From the NCBI GenBank assembly GCA_030390025.1, contig JASTWF010000035.1:992001-1056000 (forward strand): 64,000 nt of DNA, given 5' to 3'. The stretch comes from Squalus acanthias. Its lineage: Eukaryota. Both the position numbers and the translations under genes were made by a program. Positions 37,637 to 49,432 of the stretch are shown here, one piece after another. The notes under the pieces are model-generated. The model did no database searches. It was not told the DNA's origin and saw nothing but the letters and a program-made list of their open reading frames with translations. Each line of letters starts with the position of its first letter. The first letter of the stretch is position 1.

Positions 37637-38514
37637 CTACAGTCAGACAGGGAAGGAAGCTGAGGTTATAAGCACACTCCCAACCCACTGGCAGCCAGGC
37701 AACAGCCTGTTCACAGTTCACCCTATTCACCACCTTAAGCATTCACTGCCTCCACCACCAGTCCAACCTATTGGCAGTGTGCACCATCTATACACTATGC
37801 TATGAGGAAAGATTGGATATAGGCTGGGGTTGTTTTTTTTGGAACAGAGAAGGCTGAGGGGAGATTAATTGAGGTGTATAAAATTATGAGGGGCCTAGAT
37901 TGAGTGGATAGGAAGGACCTATTTCCCTTGGGAGAGGTCAATAACAAGGAGGCATAGATTTAAAGTACTTGGTAGAAGGATTAGAGGGGTCTGGAACTCT
38001 GCCTGAAAGGGTAGTAGAGGCAGATCACATTTAAAAAGTACTTGGATATGCACTTGAAGTGTCATAACCTACAAGGCTACAGACTAAGTGCTGGAAAAAG
38101 GGATTCGGCTGGCACAGACAAGATGGGCCGAATGGTCACCTGTGCTGTAAATTTCTGAGTCTATGATACAAGATGCACTGCAGCAACTCGCCAAGGCTTC
38201 TTCGACAGCACCTCAAACCACATGGACTGCAGTGGTTCAAGGCGGCTGCTCACCACCACCACCACAAGGGCAGTAAATGCCAGCAACACCCACACCCCGA
38301 GAATGGAAAAAAGATTATCGCAAATTATTTAACAGTATATAGTTTGGTCCCCACCCTCAATTACCTCCATTTTAAATCAGTTACAAACTAGAATGTAAAC
38401 CTCAAGATGAAAGGAGTTGGACGGGAAGACTTGAGTAAATACCTAATCCAGGGGGTCTAGCTCCAAGCTGCACCCCTTTAGACATTAGCACGAGCATCGA
38501 TACGAGGTAAAACA

Positions 38515-38614
38515 GTGGCTGCTCAGAGCATGGGATCAGTTGTCACTCACTGCCTGCAAACGCATTGGCAGTGCATCAAACAGACTCCCAGTAACCTGCC
38601 ATCACTACAGCCAC
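38515..38614 (-). ncRNA. SNORD86: SNORD86-like C/D snoRNA at the 5' end of NOP56 intron 8
   Basis: Terminal stem GTGGCTG/CAGCCAC, C box GTGATGG (38605-38599), D box CTGA (38526-38523); syntenic intron. Confidence 0.8.
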
Positions 38615-38627
38615 CCAGCAGCTATAC

Positions 38628-38728
38628 CTGAACAAAGCTTTCTCCGCACCCAGGATCTGCACCGTCGAGGCTGGGTACTTTGCCAGATTCGTCAGACTGC
38701 CTGCGTGAGAGATCAGGCGGGCACCCAC
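38628..38728 (-). CDS. NOP56: NOP56 exon 8
   Basis: [34 protein letters not shown]; 101 bp. Confidence 0.97.
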
Positions 38729-39039
38729 CTAGAGGGAACAAAGAACAGTCAGTCTCACAGGCTCAGCATTTACTACAAGTCTACACCTAAAGGACTGACA
38801 CCCCCCCCACCCCCAAATTATCAAAAGCCACCAGGCCCCAAATTATCAAAAGCCACCAGGCCCCAAATTATCAAAAGCCACCAGGCCCCCAACACCAAAG
38901 GAAACAGCAGCCAGGGCCCGGCTGCAAGTGCCCTCAGACAGGATGGCATGTGACGTTTATCCAAACCAGGCAAGGCTTCCAGTTATAGAGGGCAGGCTAC
39001 GATTCGCTGGTCCCCAGGCACTGTGCTCTGCTGCCTTCA

Positions 39040-42000
39040 GGAACTAATTAGTGGGGGGGAGGTTTCAAGAGAGCAAAAAATAAAAATGACAACAGAGAGG
39101 GTCATAGACATAGGTAGCAGTAGGGGAATCACAAATCAGAGCGTGGCAGGAAGGGACAGAGTGTGTGGAGTAAAAGGTAAACTGGTAAAAAGTGAAAAAG
39201 CAGGAACTAAGTGCCACAAAGCATATTTGAAAGTTCTCTATCTGAATGCACGTAGCATTCGTAACAAAATAGACGAGTTAATGGCACAAATAACTACATA
39301 TGGTTATGATATTGTGGCCATTACAGAAACATGGCTGCAGGGTGACAATGCCTGGGAATTAAACATACCAGGTTATTTAACGATCAGGAAGGACAGGCAG
39401 GAAGGAAGGGGAGGTGGGGTGGCTATGTTAATAAAGGAAGGAATCACTGTAATACAGAGTAATGATATTGGGTCAAAAAATCATGATAATGAAACAGTTT
39501 GGGTGGAGATAAGGAATAATAAGGGGAAAAAACATTAGTGGGCATAGTCTATAGGCATCCGAACAGTTGCAACTCTATTGGACGGAGTATCAATCAGGAA
39601 ATAGTTGAGGCATGTAATAAGGGAACATCTATAATTATGGGGGATTTTAACTATCATATTAATTGGACAAATCAAATGGGGCAGGGCTGCCTTGAGGATG
39701 AGTTCATTGAGTGTATTAGGGATGGGTTTCTTGAGCAGTATGTAACTGAACCGACCAGGGGGCAAGCAACCTTAGATCTGGTCCTGTGTAACGAGACAGG
39801 ATTAATTAAAAATGTCCTAGTAAAGGATCCCCTTGGAATGAGTGACCATAACATGGTTGAATTCCATATTCAATTAGAGGGTGAGAAGGTTGGATCTCAA
39901 ACAAGCGTGCTAAGCTTGAATAAAGGAGACTATGAAGGTATGCGAGCGGAATTGAGTAGAGTGGATTGGGAAAATAGATTAAAGGGTAAGACGACACATG
40001 ATCAGTGGTGTACATTCAAGGAGTTATTTTACAACTTCCAAAAAATATATATTCCACTGAAAAGAAAAGGGTGTAAAAGAAAGGACAGTCATCCGTGGCT
40101 AAGTAAAGAAATTAAGGATAGTATTCGACTAAAAACAAGGGCATATAAGGTAGCGAAATCTAGTGGGAGGACAGAGGATTGGGAAAACTTTAAAAGGCAG
40201 CAAAAAATAACAAAAAGATTGATTAAGAAAGGGAAGATAGATTATGAAAGTAAATTAGCAAAAAATATAAAAACAGATAGTAAGAGTTTTTATAGTTATA
40301 TAAAATGAAAAAGGGTGGCTAAAGTAAATGTTGGTCCCTTAGAGGATGAGACCGGGAAATTAATGGTGGGAAATATGGAGATGGCAAATACACTGAATGA
40401 ATATTTTGTATCAGTCTTTACAGTAGAGGACACTAAGAATATCCCAACACTGGACAAACAGGGGGCTATAGGGGGAGAGGAGCTAAACACGATCAAAATC
40501 ACTAAGGAAGTGGTACTCGGTAAAATAATGGGACTCAAGGCGGATAAATCACCTGGACCTGATGGCTTACATCCTAGAGTCTTGAAGGAAGTGGCGGTAG
40601 GGATTGTAGATGCATTGGTAATAATTTTTCAAAACTCCCTGGATTCCGCTAAGGTCCCGGCAGACTGGAAAACTGCTAATGTAACACCCTTATTTAAAAA
40701 GGGCAGTAGACAGAAGGCTGGTAACTATAGACCGGTTAGCCTAACATCTGTGGTAGGTAAAATTTTGGAGTCCATTATTAAGGAAACAGTAACAGGACAT
40801 TTGGATAATCATAATTTAATAGGACAAAGTCAGCATGGTTTTACGAAGGGGAAGTCATGTTTGACAAATTTGCTGGAGTTCTTTGAGGAAGTAACATATA
40901 GAGTGGATAAAGGGGAACCAGTGGACGTAGTGTATTTAGACTTCCAAAAGGCATTTGACAAGGTGCCACACAAAAGATTATTGCTTAAGGTAAAAAATCA
41001 CGGGATTGGGGGTAATATTCTGGCATGGATAGAGGATTGGCTATCTAACAGAAAGCAAAGAGTTGGGATAAATGGTTCATTCTCAGACTGGCAATCAGTA
41101 ACTAGTGGTGTTCCACAGGGGTCAGTGCTGGGTCCCCAACTCTTCACAATCTATATTAACGATTTGGAGGAAGGGACCAAGTGTAACATATCAAAATTTG
41201 CAGATGATACAAAGATGGGAGGGAAAGTAGTGAGTGAGTGAGGAGGACATAAAAAACCTGCAAGGGGACATAGACAGGCTAAGTAAGTGGGCAGAGATTT
41301 GGCAGATGGAATACAACACTGGAAAGTGTGAGGTGATGCACTTTGGCAGGAAAAATCCTAGAGCAATTTATTATCTTAATGGCAAGAAACTGGAGAGTAC
41401 TGAAGTGCAAAGGGATCTGGGGGTCCTGGTGCACGAAACTCAAAAGGTTAGTATGCAGGTGCAGCAAGTGATTAAGAAGGCAAATGGAATGTTGGCTTTC
41501 ATTGCTAGGGGGATAGAATATAAAAATAGGGAGGTATTGCTTCAGTTGTACAAGGTATTGGTGAGACCGCACCTGGAATACTGCATACAGTTTTGGTGTC
41601 CTTACTTAAGGAAAGACATCCTTGCTCTCGAGGCAGTGCAAAAAAGGTTCACTCGGTTAATCCCGGGGATGAGGGGGTGGTCATATGAGGAGAGGTTGGG
41701 TAGATTGGGACTCTACTCATTGGAGTTCAGAAGAATGAGAGGCGATCTTATTGAAACATATAAGATTGTGAAGGGGTTGGATCGGGTGGATGCGGGGAGG
41801 ATGTTCCCGATGACGGGTGAGACGAGAACTAGGGGACATAGTCTTAGAATAAGGGGCTGCTCTTTCAAAACTGAGATGAGGAGGAACTACTTCACTCAGA
41901 GGGTGGTAGGTCCATGGAATATGCTGCCACAAAAAGCTGTAGAAGCTACAACATTAATTAAATTTAAAACAGAAATAGACAGTTTCCTAGAAGTAAAGGG

Positions 42001-42270
42001 CATTAAGGGTTACGGGGAGCGGGCAGGAATTTGGACATGAGTCTAGGTTCGGATCGGTCATGGCCCTGTGGGTAGTGGAGCGGGCCCAGGGACTGTGTAG
42101 CCTGATTCTGCTCCTATTTCGTGTGTGCAATTCTGTTAGATGCAGGAGATGGTTCTGTGATAGATGGTAGATTGGCGGTTAGGATCAGATCAGCCATGAT
42201 CTTATTGAATGGCGGAGCAGGCTCGAGGGGCCGATTGGCCTACTCCTGCTCCTATTTCTTATGTTCTTAT
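39040..42270 (+). mobile_element. CR1 LINE with near-complete ORF2 (EN and RT), antisense in NOP56 intron 7
   Basis: [35 protein letters not shown]; stops at ~39536 and ~40306, frameshift at ~41235. Confidence 0.96.
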
Positions 42271-42347
42271 GCAGACAGGTTTCGCCGGAATTGGCGGCAG
42301 GATTTCCCCACCTCTCCCAGGGGTGGTGTGCTCTGTGTGGCTGCACT

Positions 42348-42775
42348 GGGCAGCACGGTGGCATAGTGGTTAGCACTGGTGCCTCACAGCGCCAGAGACC
42401 CGGGTTCGAATCTGACCTCGGGTGACTGTGTGGAGTTTGCACATTCTCCCCGTGTCTGCGTGGGTTTCCTCCGGGTGCTCCGGTTTCCTCCCACAGTCCA
42501 AAAATGTGCGGGTTAGGTTGATTTGGCTATGATAAATTGACCCTTAGTGTTAGGGGGGGGATTAAATATGTGGGGTTATGGGGATAGGATGGGATATGTT
42601 AGGGGGAATTAAATACGTGGGGTTACGGGGGTAGGGTGGGATATGTGTACTGTGGGGATTAAAGCAGGGACAGGGTACTGGATTTGGATGATCAGCCATG
42701 ATCGTATTGAATGGTGGAGCAGGCTCGACGGGCCGAATGGCCTACTCCTGCTCCTAGATTCTATGTTTCTATGTT
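42348..42775 (+). mobile_element. HE1-like V-SINE with CR1-type tail
   Basis: tRNA head ggtggcatagtggttagc..gggttcgaatc; V domain gtgggtttcctccgggtgctccggtttcctcccaca; tail ctatgtttctatg. Confidence 0.9.
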
Positions 42776-43108
42776 TGCTTTTCCGTATGTACATACAATC
42801 AGTTATGGACAAGCTCCTTTTATAGGCTGACCCCAGCACAGGACACAAATACACAGTAAACCCACTTTAACTATTTCCAAATTCCTGACATGGGGGCCAA
42901 TGCTTTCCAATAACAGCTCCCTTCATTTTAAATAGCAAAGCAGACAATATTTAGCCACATCGCTACTCACATACATGGGGGTGGCTGGAAGAATGAGCCA
43001 GCACTTGGGGAATGAGTGAGTAGGATCACAAGGCAGAATGGGGACACCTCTGCTCTCCCCGCCCCCCACCCGAACCATCCTAACAGCCAGTTACCAGGGT
43101 TGGAGAGA

Positions 43109-43181
43109 ACACACTCAGAACATGGATCTTCCTCACAGTAAATCAGAGGATTGACAGATTTAACAGATCATCACAGTGTGT
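43109..43181 (-). ncRNA. SNORD110: SNORD110-like copy, intron 7
   Basis: ACACAC-t-GTGATGA..AAATCTGTCAATCC-t-CTGA..CTGA-GTGTGT; guide complementary to 18S GGAUUGACAGAUU (Um1288). Confidence 0.9.
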
Positions 43182-43337
43182 CTCACACTGACAGTATCTA
43201 AACTTGGCAACGGTCACACACTGGAGCCTGCACGACCTGGAACTAGGTCACTGTACTGCCTCAGGAGAGATTCAGAGCCTGTCAGTTGGTTAACTACCAC
43301 CAAGACCCCGCAGACCAGGGCAACACATGACACTCAC

Positions 43338-43489
43338 CACCTCCCCAATGAGAGCGGCCAGGTTGGGAGCCACCTGACCCATCTTGGAGCGCAGATAGTC
43401 CTGCAGGGTCTTCCTGTATTCAGCCAGAGACACCACTCTGTTCGAGAAGCTTTCAATGTTAATGAGATCAATGGGAGAGATATCCATAC
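43338..43489 (-). CDS. NOP56: NOP56 exon 7
   Basis: [51 protein letters not shown]; 152 bp. Confidence 0.97.
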
Positions 43490-43774
43490 CTGTCGGAACA
43501 AGAGACAGAGTTTAGTTTTTATAGGGGTGTGGGCAAGGCTGGCCCGGCAAGTTTCTGCACACCCCTCACAGTACGGAAATAACAGAAAATGCTGCAAATA
43601 CTCAGGTCAGGCAGCATCGGTTAACGTTTCAGATCAAAGACCTTTCAACAGGACCGGGACCAATCTGAAACATTAACTGTTACTCATTATCCCTGCTCTA
43701 TCTCCTAATCAATTCCCTACCCATGTCAATAGGTTGTCTCCAATTCCATGCGCTCTTGTTTGTGTTAACAGTTT

Positions 43775-44345
43775 CTTACTGCAATTATATAGGGCCCTGG
43801 TGAGACCACACCTGGAGTATTGTGTACAGTTTTGGTCTCCTTACCTAAAGGATATACTTGCCATAGAGGGAGTGCAACAAATGTTCACCAGACTGGTTGC
43901 TGGGATGGGGGGATTGTCCTATGATGAGAGATTGTGTAGAATGGGCCTATACTCTCTGGAGTTTAGAAGAATGAGAGGTGATCTCATTGAAACATACAAA
44001 ATTCTTACAGGGCTTGACAGGGTAGATGCAGGGAGGATGTTTCCCCTGGCTGGGGAGTCTAGAATCAGGGGTCAGTCTCTGGATAAGGGGTCAGCCATTT
44101 AGGACTGAGATGAGGAGAAATTTCTTCACTCAGTAGTGAATCTTTGGAATTCTCTGCCCTAGAGGGCTGTGGAGGCTCAGTCATTGAGTATATTCAAGAC
44201 AGAGATCGATAGATATTTGAATATTAAGGGAATCAAGGGATATGGTGATAAGGCCGGTGAATGGAGTTGAGGCAGAAGATCAGCCATGATCTCATTGAAT
44301 GGCGGAGCAGGCTCAAAGGGCCAAATCCTGCTCCTATTTCTTATG
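43775..44345 (+). mobile_element. CR1 3' fragment
   Basis: [16 protein letters not shown] and tail. Confidence 0.9.
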
Positions 44346-44718
44346 TGGAGCCATATCGCATACCTTCCCAAAGTTCATATAAATCACATTCCTAGACAAT
44401 CCCTTATCTACCACTTTAGTTACTGCCTCAAAAATTCAACTAGGTTCATTAGACATGACTTGCCCTTTACAAATCCATGCTGGCTCTCTGATCAGCTCAT
44501 AGCACTCACCCTGTCCCTAGTAACTTTCCCACAACTGATGTGGGGGCCAATGCTCTCAAATGGCTCCCTTCATTTTAAATAGCAGACAATATTTAGCTAC
44601 ATCTCTACTCACATACACAGGGGTGACTGGGAAAATGACATCACTTGGGGAATGAGTAGGATCACAAGGCAAAATGCACCCCCCCCCCCCCCACAGCCAG
44701 TTACCAGGGTTGGAGAGA

Positions 44719-44791
44719 ACACACTCAGAACATGGATCTTCCTCACAGTGAATCAGAGGATTGACAGATTTAACAGATCATCACAGTGTGT
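44719..44791 (-). ncRNA. SNORD110: SNORD110-like copy, intron 6
   Basis: One substitution relative to the 43109-43181 copy. Confidence 0.9.
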
Positions 44792-44996
44792 CTCGCACTC
44801 ACAGTATCTAAACTCTGCAATGGTCACACACCAGAGACTGCACGACCTGTAACAAGGTCACTGTATTGCCCAGACTGCAGGTATACTGCACAATACAAGC
44901 AACTGTCAGTGAACAAAAAACAGCACGGGCAGAAGTGGCTGCAAATCTCAGTGCCAGGGTCAAAATAACTCCCACCCAAAAACACCCCAGACTGAC

Positions 44997-45184
44997 CCAT
45001 AGAGCTGCGAGATGCATCTAGGATAGCCTGGGCTTTGGCGCTGTCCATCACAATCTCCTCCAGTGCCTCCAGACTCTCCTCAGACAGCTCCTTGCGGTTC
45101 CCAATCAGCTTCGTCAGCCGACAATAAGTGTAATTCTCAGCAACGATCTTGATGAGCTCGGGGAAGTGGTATCCATACCACTCT
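44997..45184 (-). CDS. NOP56: NOP56 exon 6
   Basis: [33 protein letters not shown]...ILDASRSSM; 188 bp. Confidence 0.97.
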
Positions 45185-45338
45185 CTGTGGAAAGAAAAAG
45201 TGGGTCACAGCTGCTCCTGAGACACAGCCCTCAATAAAGCTGGCCGAGTTACTCCAAACCCATCAGTTAAACCACATTAACTAGTTATTAACTCATGAAC
45301 AAAGCACAGCACGTAGCCCCTCCAAGGCCATAGTTGTT

Positions 45339-45475
45339 AGCTGTCTCCCTGCCAACAATACAGCCCGAGCCACAAGAGGAGCAGGGCTGTGGTGTAACAG
45401 GGAATCCTGCTCTACCTCCTCTTCCTGTACAGTCAGTGCTGAGGGAGGGCACTGCCTGTGAAAAGGACAGAGGCC
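45339..45475 (-). ncRNA. SNORA51: SNORA51 H/ACA snoRNA
   Basis: GGCCTC..CACTGACTGTACAGGAAGAGGAGGT, H box AGAGCA, ACA 3 nt from the end; intron 5 as in human. Confidence 0.88.
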
Positions 45476-45686
45476 CCAGCATCACATTACAGACCCAGCC
45501 ACGTGTCTCGATTCGGAAGCCCGAACCCCAAGTCCCTCCTATTCGTTTTAAATGTTTTATCATGTTTAATTCTTCTCCACCCCCACCCAAAGTGCTTCAT
45601 CCTTGCGTTGCTCCACATTAAAACAAACCCCCCCCCCCTGGACACCATTGCCTTTAGTGAGCAGACCTTGCCTGGACCCAGATTAC

Positions 45687-45885
45687 CTGACTCTCATGGA
45701 GAAGGTGTTGATGTCCTTGTCCAGCTGGTCCAACAAGCTGATGGACTGGATGATCATGTTGTCAGCCCTATTCACATTGAACTTCACCTTGGCCCGGGAG
45801 TAGCTGTGGCCCAGACCCAGCTGGGCTTTGGCAGCTGAGAGCGCAGTCAGACCCTGCACCAGGGAGTGGAAGTGAAGCCGCACCC
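45687..45885 (-). CDS. NOP56: NOP56 exon 5
   Basis: [65 protein letters not shown]; 199 bp. Confidence 0.98.
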
Positions 45886-46110
45886 CTAGAGCACAACAAA
45901 GAACCCTTCAGTACACCAGGAGAGGGGGAAGGGATGTGACCCACAGAACAGAGCACACAGGAACAGGACAGCCTCGAGAGGACGAGTGTGTGTGGGACAT
46001 ACTGCAGAAACCTCCTCCTCACAACAGTAGCAGTGCAGTTATCAGCAACAGAAGACGCAAAGCAGCAACTCTCGAACCGCAACACTGTCCCCAGACATAC
46101 ACGTACCCAT

Positions 46111-46380
46111 AAAGCCCAGACACCCTCACTAACCGGCCCATAAGCCCAGACACCCTCACTAACCGGCCCATAAGCCCAGACACCCTCACTAACCGGCCCA
46201 TAAGCCCAGACACCCTCACTAACCGGCCCAAAAGCCCAGACACCCTCACTAACCGGCCCAAAAGCCCAGACACCCTCACTAACCGGCCCATAAGCCCAGA
46301 CACCCTCACTAACCGGCCCATAAGCCCAGACACCCTCACTAACCGGCCCATAAGCCCAGACACCCTCACTAACCGGCCCA
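46111..46380. repeat. 30-bp tandem repeat, 9 copies, intron 4
   Basis: TAAGCCCAGACACCCTCACTAACCGGCCCA. Confidence 0.97.
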
Positions 46381-46469
46381 ATGGCACGACAAGCAGAATC
46401 TCAGTTCCCCACTCCCACATTTAATGTCAGAACCACCAGTTACTGCCCGTTCTCTAGCCACTTTCTTAC

Positions 46470-46637
46470 CTCGAAGGATTTCTACCACCACCCCTCCAGT
46501 CTGGCACTGAATGCCAATCTCCTCCAGAAGTGCTGCTCCGATTTTCGGATCCGCCACCCCCAGGATCACCTTCTTTTTCTTGCTGGAAGCAGGCATGTTG
46601 GTCTCCAGCAGCAGCCTCATGTCCTCATGAACAATAC
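46470..46637 (-). CDS. NOP56: NOP56 exon 4
   Basis: GIVHEDMRLLLETNMPASSKKKKVILGVADPKIGAALLEEIGIQCQTGGVVVEILR. Confidence 0.97.
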
Positions 46638-46707
46638 CTGGGAGACAGCCAACAGTTAGCAGTCTGAAAGTAGCCACGGGTGGGACACTGATGCAGTCCC
46701 GTCTCCA

Positions 46708-46775
46708 GTGCTCAGCTCCATTAGTTCACTTCACCATAGTCAGTGGATTGACAGATATATGAGACATCATTGCAC
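46708..46775 (-). ncRNA. SNORD110: SNORD110-like copy, intron 3 (divergent)
   Basis: GTGC-a-ATGATGT..ATCTGTCAATCC-a-CTGA..CTGA-GCAC, ~70 nt upstream of the 3' splice site. Confidence 0.85.
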
Positions 46776-47235
46776 AACAGAACAGCCCGCGCCCCTAGAC
46801 TAACCCCAGGGACACCCCCCCCCCCCCAACTACACGCCAGGGAACACCCCGTCCATCAGTCCCTCCCCCAGATGGAGAGAACACCACTATCCCTCAAAAG
46901 TTTTAGAAATACTGCACCCAAACTCCAATTAGAATCCCAATAGGCCTTGTGGACACAGTGCAACTACTTGGCACAGTGCTACATGCCAGCTTGTTGGGGT
47001 GTGTAGTGGGATGGGGGTTCATTGGGGGGGGGGGAGGGGGAGAGCGCTAGACAGGATACGGATTCCCCACCAGTACCCTGCGACCCCCAACAGAGCAAGC
47101 ACAAGAACAGTCAAAGTGACATATTGCTGCCCGGCACCCTATCCACGCCAGCACCCCCAGGAGACACAAAGGCCCTGCACAGTAGGTGTTCACCGTGTAC
47201 TCTTCTGGTTTTGGGTGGTTAAACAAATAATCTGT

Positions 47236-47462
47236 AACTAATAAAAAACTTAAATTAAAATTTGATTGGCCGGGATGATGCACTCCAGTCCCTAAGTGCT
47301 CCATCTCCAGGGCCACCCGAGCGTGAACATGGCCGCGGAAGAGGCAGGCAATCGGGCCAAACGACCCCCTCGACTGCCCGCTGCCTGGACCAGTTAATGG
47401 CTATTTTGGCCAGGCCCAGGAGCAGTCCTACGAGGAGGTCCTCCGATCTGGTGTCCACTGTG
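47236..47462 (-). mobile_element. Tx1/L1-like LINE 3' fragment
   Basis: [34 protein letters not shown]; homologous to 50153-50480. Confidence 0.65.
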
Positions 47463-47483
47463 TAGAGAGAAGACAATACTCAC

Positions 47484-47598
47484 CTTCAGAAATAGCATTG
47501 ATGTTTTCCAGGGCACTCTGGGCAGATTTAAATGGTGAAAATGCCACTAGTTTAACAATGTTGTTGAACTTCCCAATGGTCAGCACACTCTCCTCCAC
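47484..47598 (-). CDS. NOP56: NOP56 exon 3
   Basis: [38 protein letters not shown]; 115 bp. Confidence 0.96.
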
Positions 47599-48096
47599 CT
47601 GGAACAGGAAGGGACAGTCACATTAAGCAGCAGAGAGGACAGATCCAGTCTAGAAGCTGGGACTGAGAAACCAGCCAGCACAGAACACAGTGCCGCTCCC
47701 TCCCACACCAACACAACCAAATCTCCACCAAACACGTATTGCAGCAGGGCCTGAATCACAATCTGGGCGGACACATCAGTCCAATACTGTGCAAGTGTTG
47801 CACGGTCAGAGGTGCCATATTCGGACGAGACGTTAAAACTAAGATCTCAACTGGCTATCTTGATAAGGTTCCTATGACACGATTCAAAGAGCAGGAGCTC
47901 CCCGTGTCCTGGGGAACATCCACCATTCCCCACAGAGGGGCCAATCACGTCACCGCAGTGCGGGCCACAGAACAGCCACTTATGTCCACCCACATAAGCC
48001 ACTGCACTTCAGAAAAGCACAAAGCACCGAGAAATTTGGTGCTGAAAGTTAGTGAAGCATCGATGTTACACGCACTCCCCACCTACACAAGCTCAC

Positions 48097-48186
48097 CTGA
48101 GGTAGAAGCAGGCCGATCTCCTCAACTTCTTTAACTGCCAGCAGTGCATAGCCAGCAGCATGCTCAAAGAGCACATGTAACAGCAC
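48097..48186 (-). CDS. NOP56: NOP56 exon 2
   Basis: [30 protein letters not shown]; 90 bp. Confidence 0.96.
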
Positions 48187-48415
48187 CTGGACAGGAGAAC
48201 ACAGGGTCAGCATCACTGAATTCCTGCAGCAGATTACTTACTAATCCCTCAACAACATACATTTACAAAGCGCCTTTAATGTAGAAAAACATCTGAGGGA
48301 TAAACAAAAAAAAAATGGATCCTGAGTATTGGGAGGGAGGCAGCAGTTTACCAAAGGGTTGGTCAGAGGGGAGGAAAGGTTTAGGGACAGAATTCCATAG
48401 GTCTTGATGGCTGGA

Positions 48416-49432
48416 GAGAGTAAAGCTCCCTCTACACTGTCCCATCAAACACTCCCAGCGCAGGTACAGCACGGGTTAGATACAGAGTAAAGCTCCCTCT
48501 ACACTGTCCCATCAAACACTCCCAGGGCAGGTACAGCACAGGTTAGATACAGAGTAAAGCTCCCTCTACACTGTCCCATCAAACACTCCCAGGGCAGGTA
48601 CAGCACAGGTTAGATACAGAGTAAAGCTCCCTCTACACTGTCCCATCAAACACTCCCAGGGCAGGTACAGCACGGGTTAGATACAGAGTAAAGCTCCCTA
48701 CACTGTCCCATCAAACACTCCCAGGGCAGGTACAGCACAGGTTAGATACAGAGTAAAGCTCCCTCTACACTGTCCCATCAAACACTCCCAGGGCAGGTAC
48801 AGCACGGGTTAGATACAGAGTGAAGCTCCCTCTACACTGAGCCATCAAACACTTCCAGGGCAGGTACAGCACAGGTTAGATACAGAGTAAAGCTCCCTCT
48901 ACACTGTCCCATCAAACACTCCCAGGGCAGGTACAGCACGGGTTAGATACAGAGTAAAGCTCCCTACACTGTCCCATCAAACACTCCCAGGGCAGGTACA
49001 GCACGGGTTAGATACAGAGTGAAGCTCCCTCTACACTGAGCCATCAAACACTTCCAGGGCAGGTACAGCACAGGTTAGATACAGAGTAAAGCTCCCTACA
49101 CTGTCCCATCAAACACTCCCAGGGCAGGTACAGCACAGGTTAGATACAGAGTAAAGCTCCCTCTACACTGTCCCATCAAACACTCCCAGGGCAGATACAG
49201 CACAGGTTAGATACAGAGTAAAGCTCCCTCTACACTGTCCCATCAAACACTCCCAGGGCAGGTACAGCACAGGTTAGATACAGAGTAAAGCTCCCTCCAC
49301 ACTGTCCCATCAAACACTCCCAGGGCAGGTACAGCACGGGTTAGATACAGAGTGAAGCTCCCTCTACACTGAGCCATCAAACACTTCCAGGGCAGGTACA
49401 GCACAGGTTAGATACAGAGTAAAGCTCCCTCG
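48416..49432. repeat. 67-bp tandem repeat, about 15 copies, NOP56 intron 1
   Basis: AGAGTAAAGCTCCCTCTACACTGTCCCATCAAACACTCCCAGGGCAGGTACAGCACAGGTTAGATAC. Confidence 0.97.

Noticed and set aside
39023..42040. Active autonomous CR1
   Set aside because: Two stops, a frameshift and no ORF1.
42348..42425. tRNA gene
   Set aside because: tRNA-like head continues into the V-SINE body; same for the heads at 8788, 19605 and 24407.
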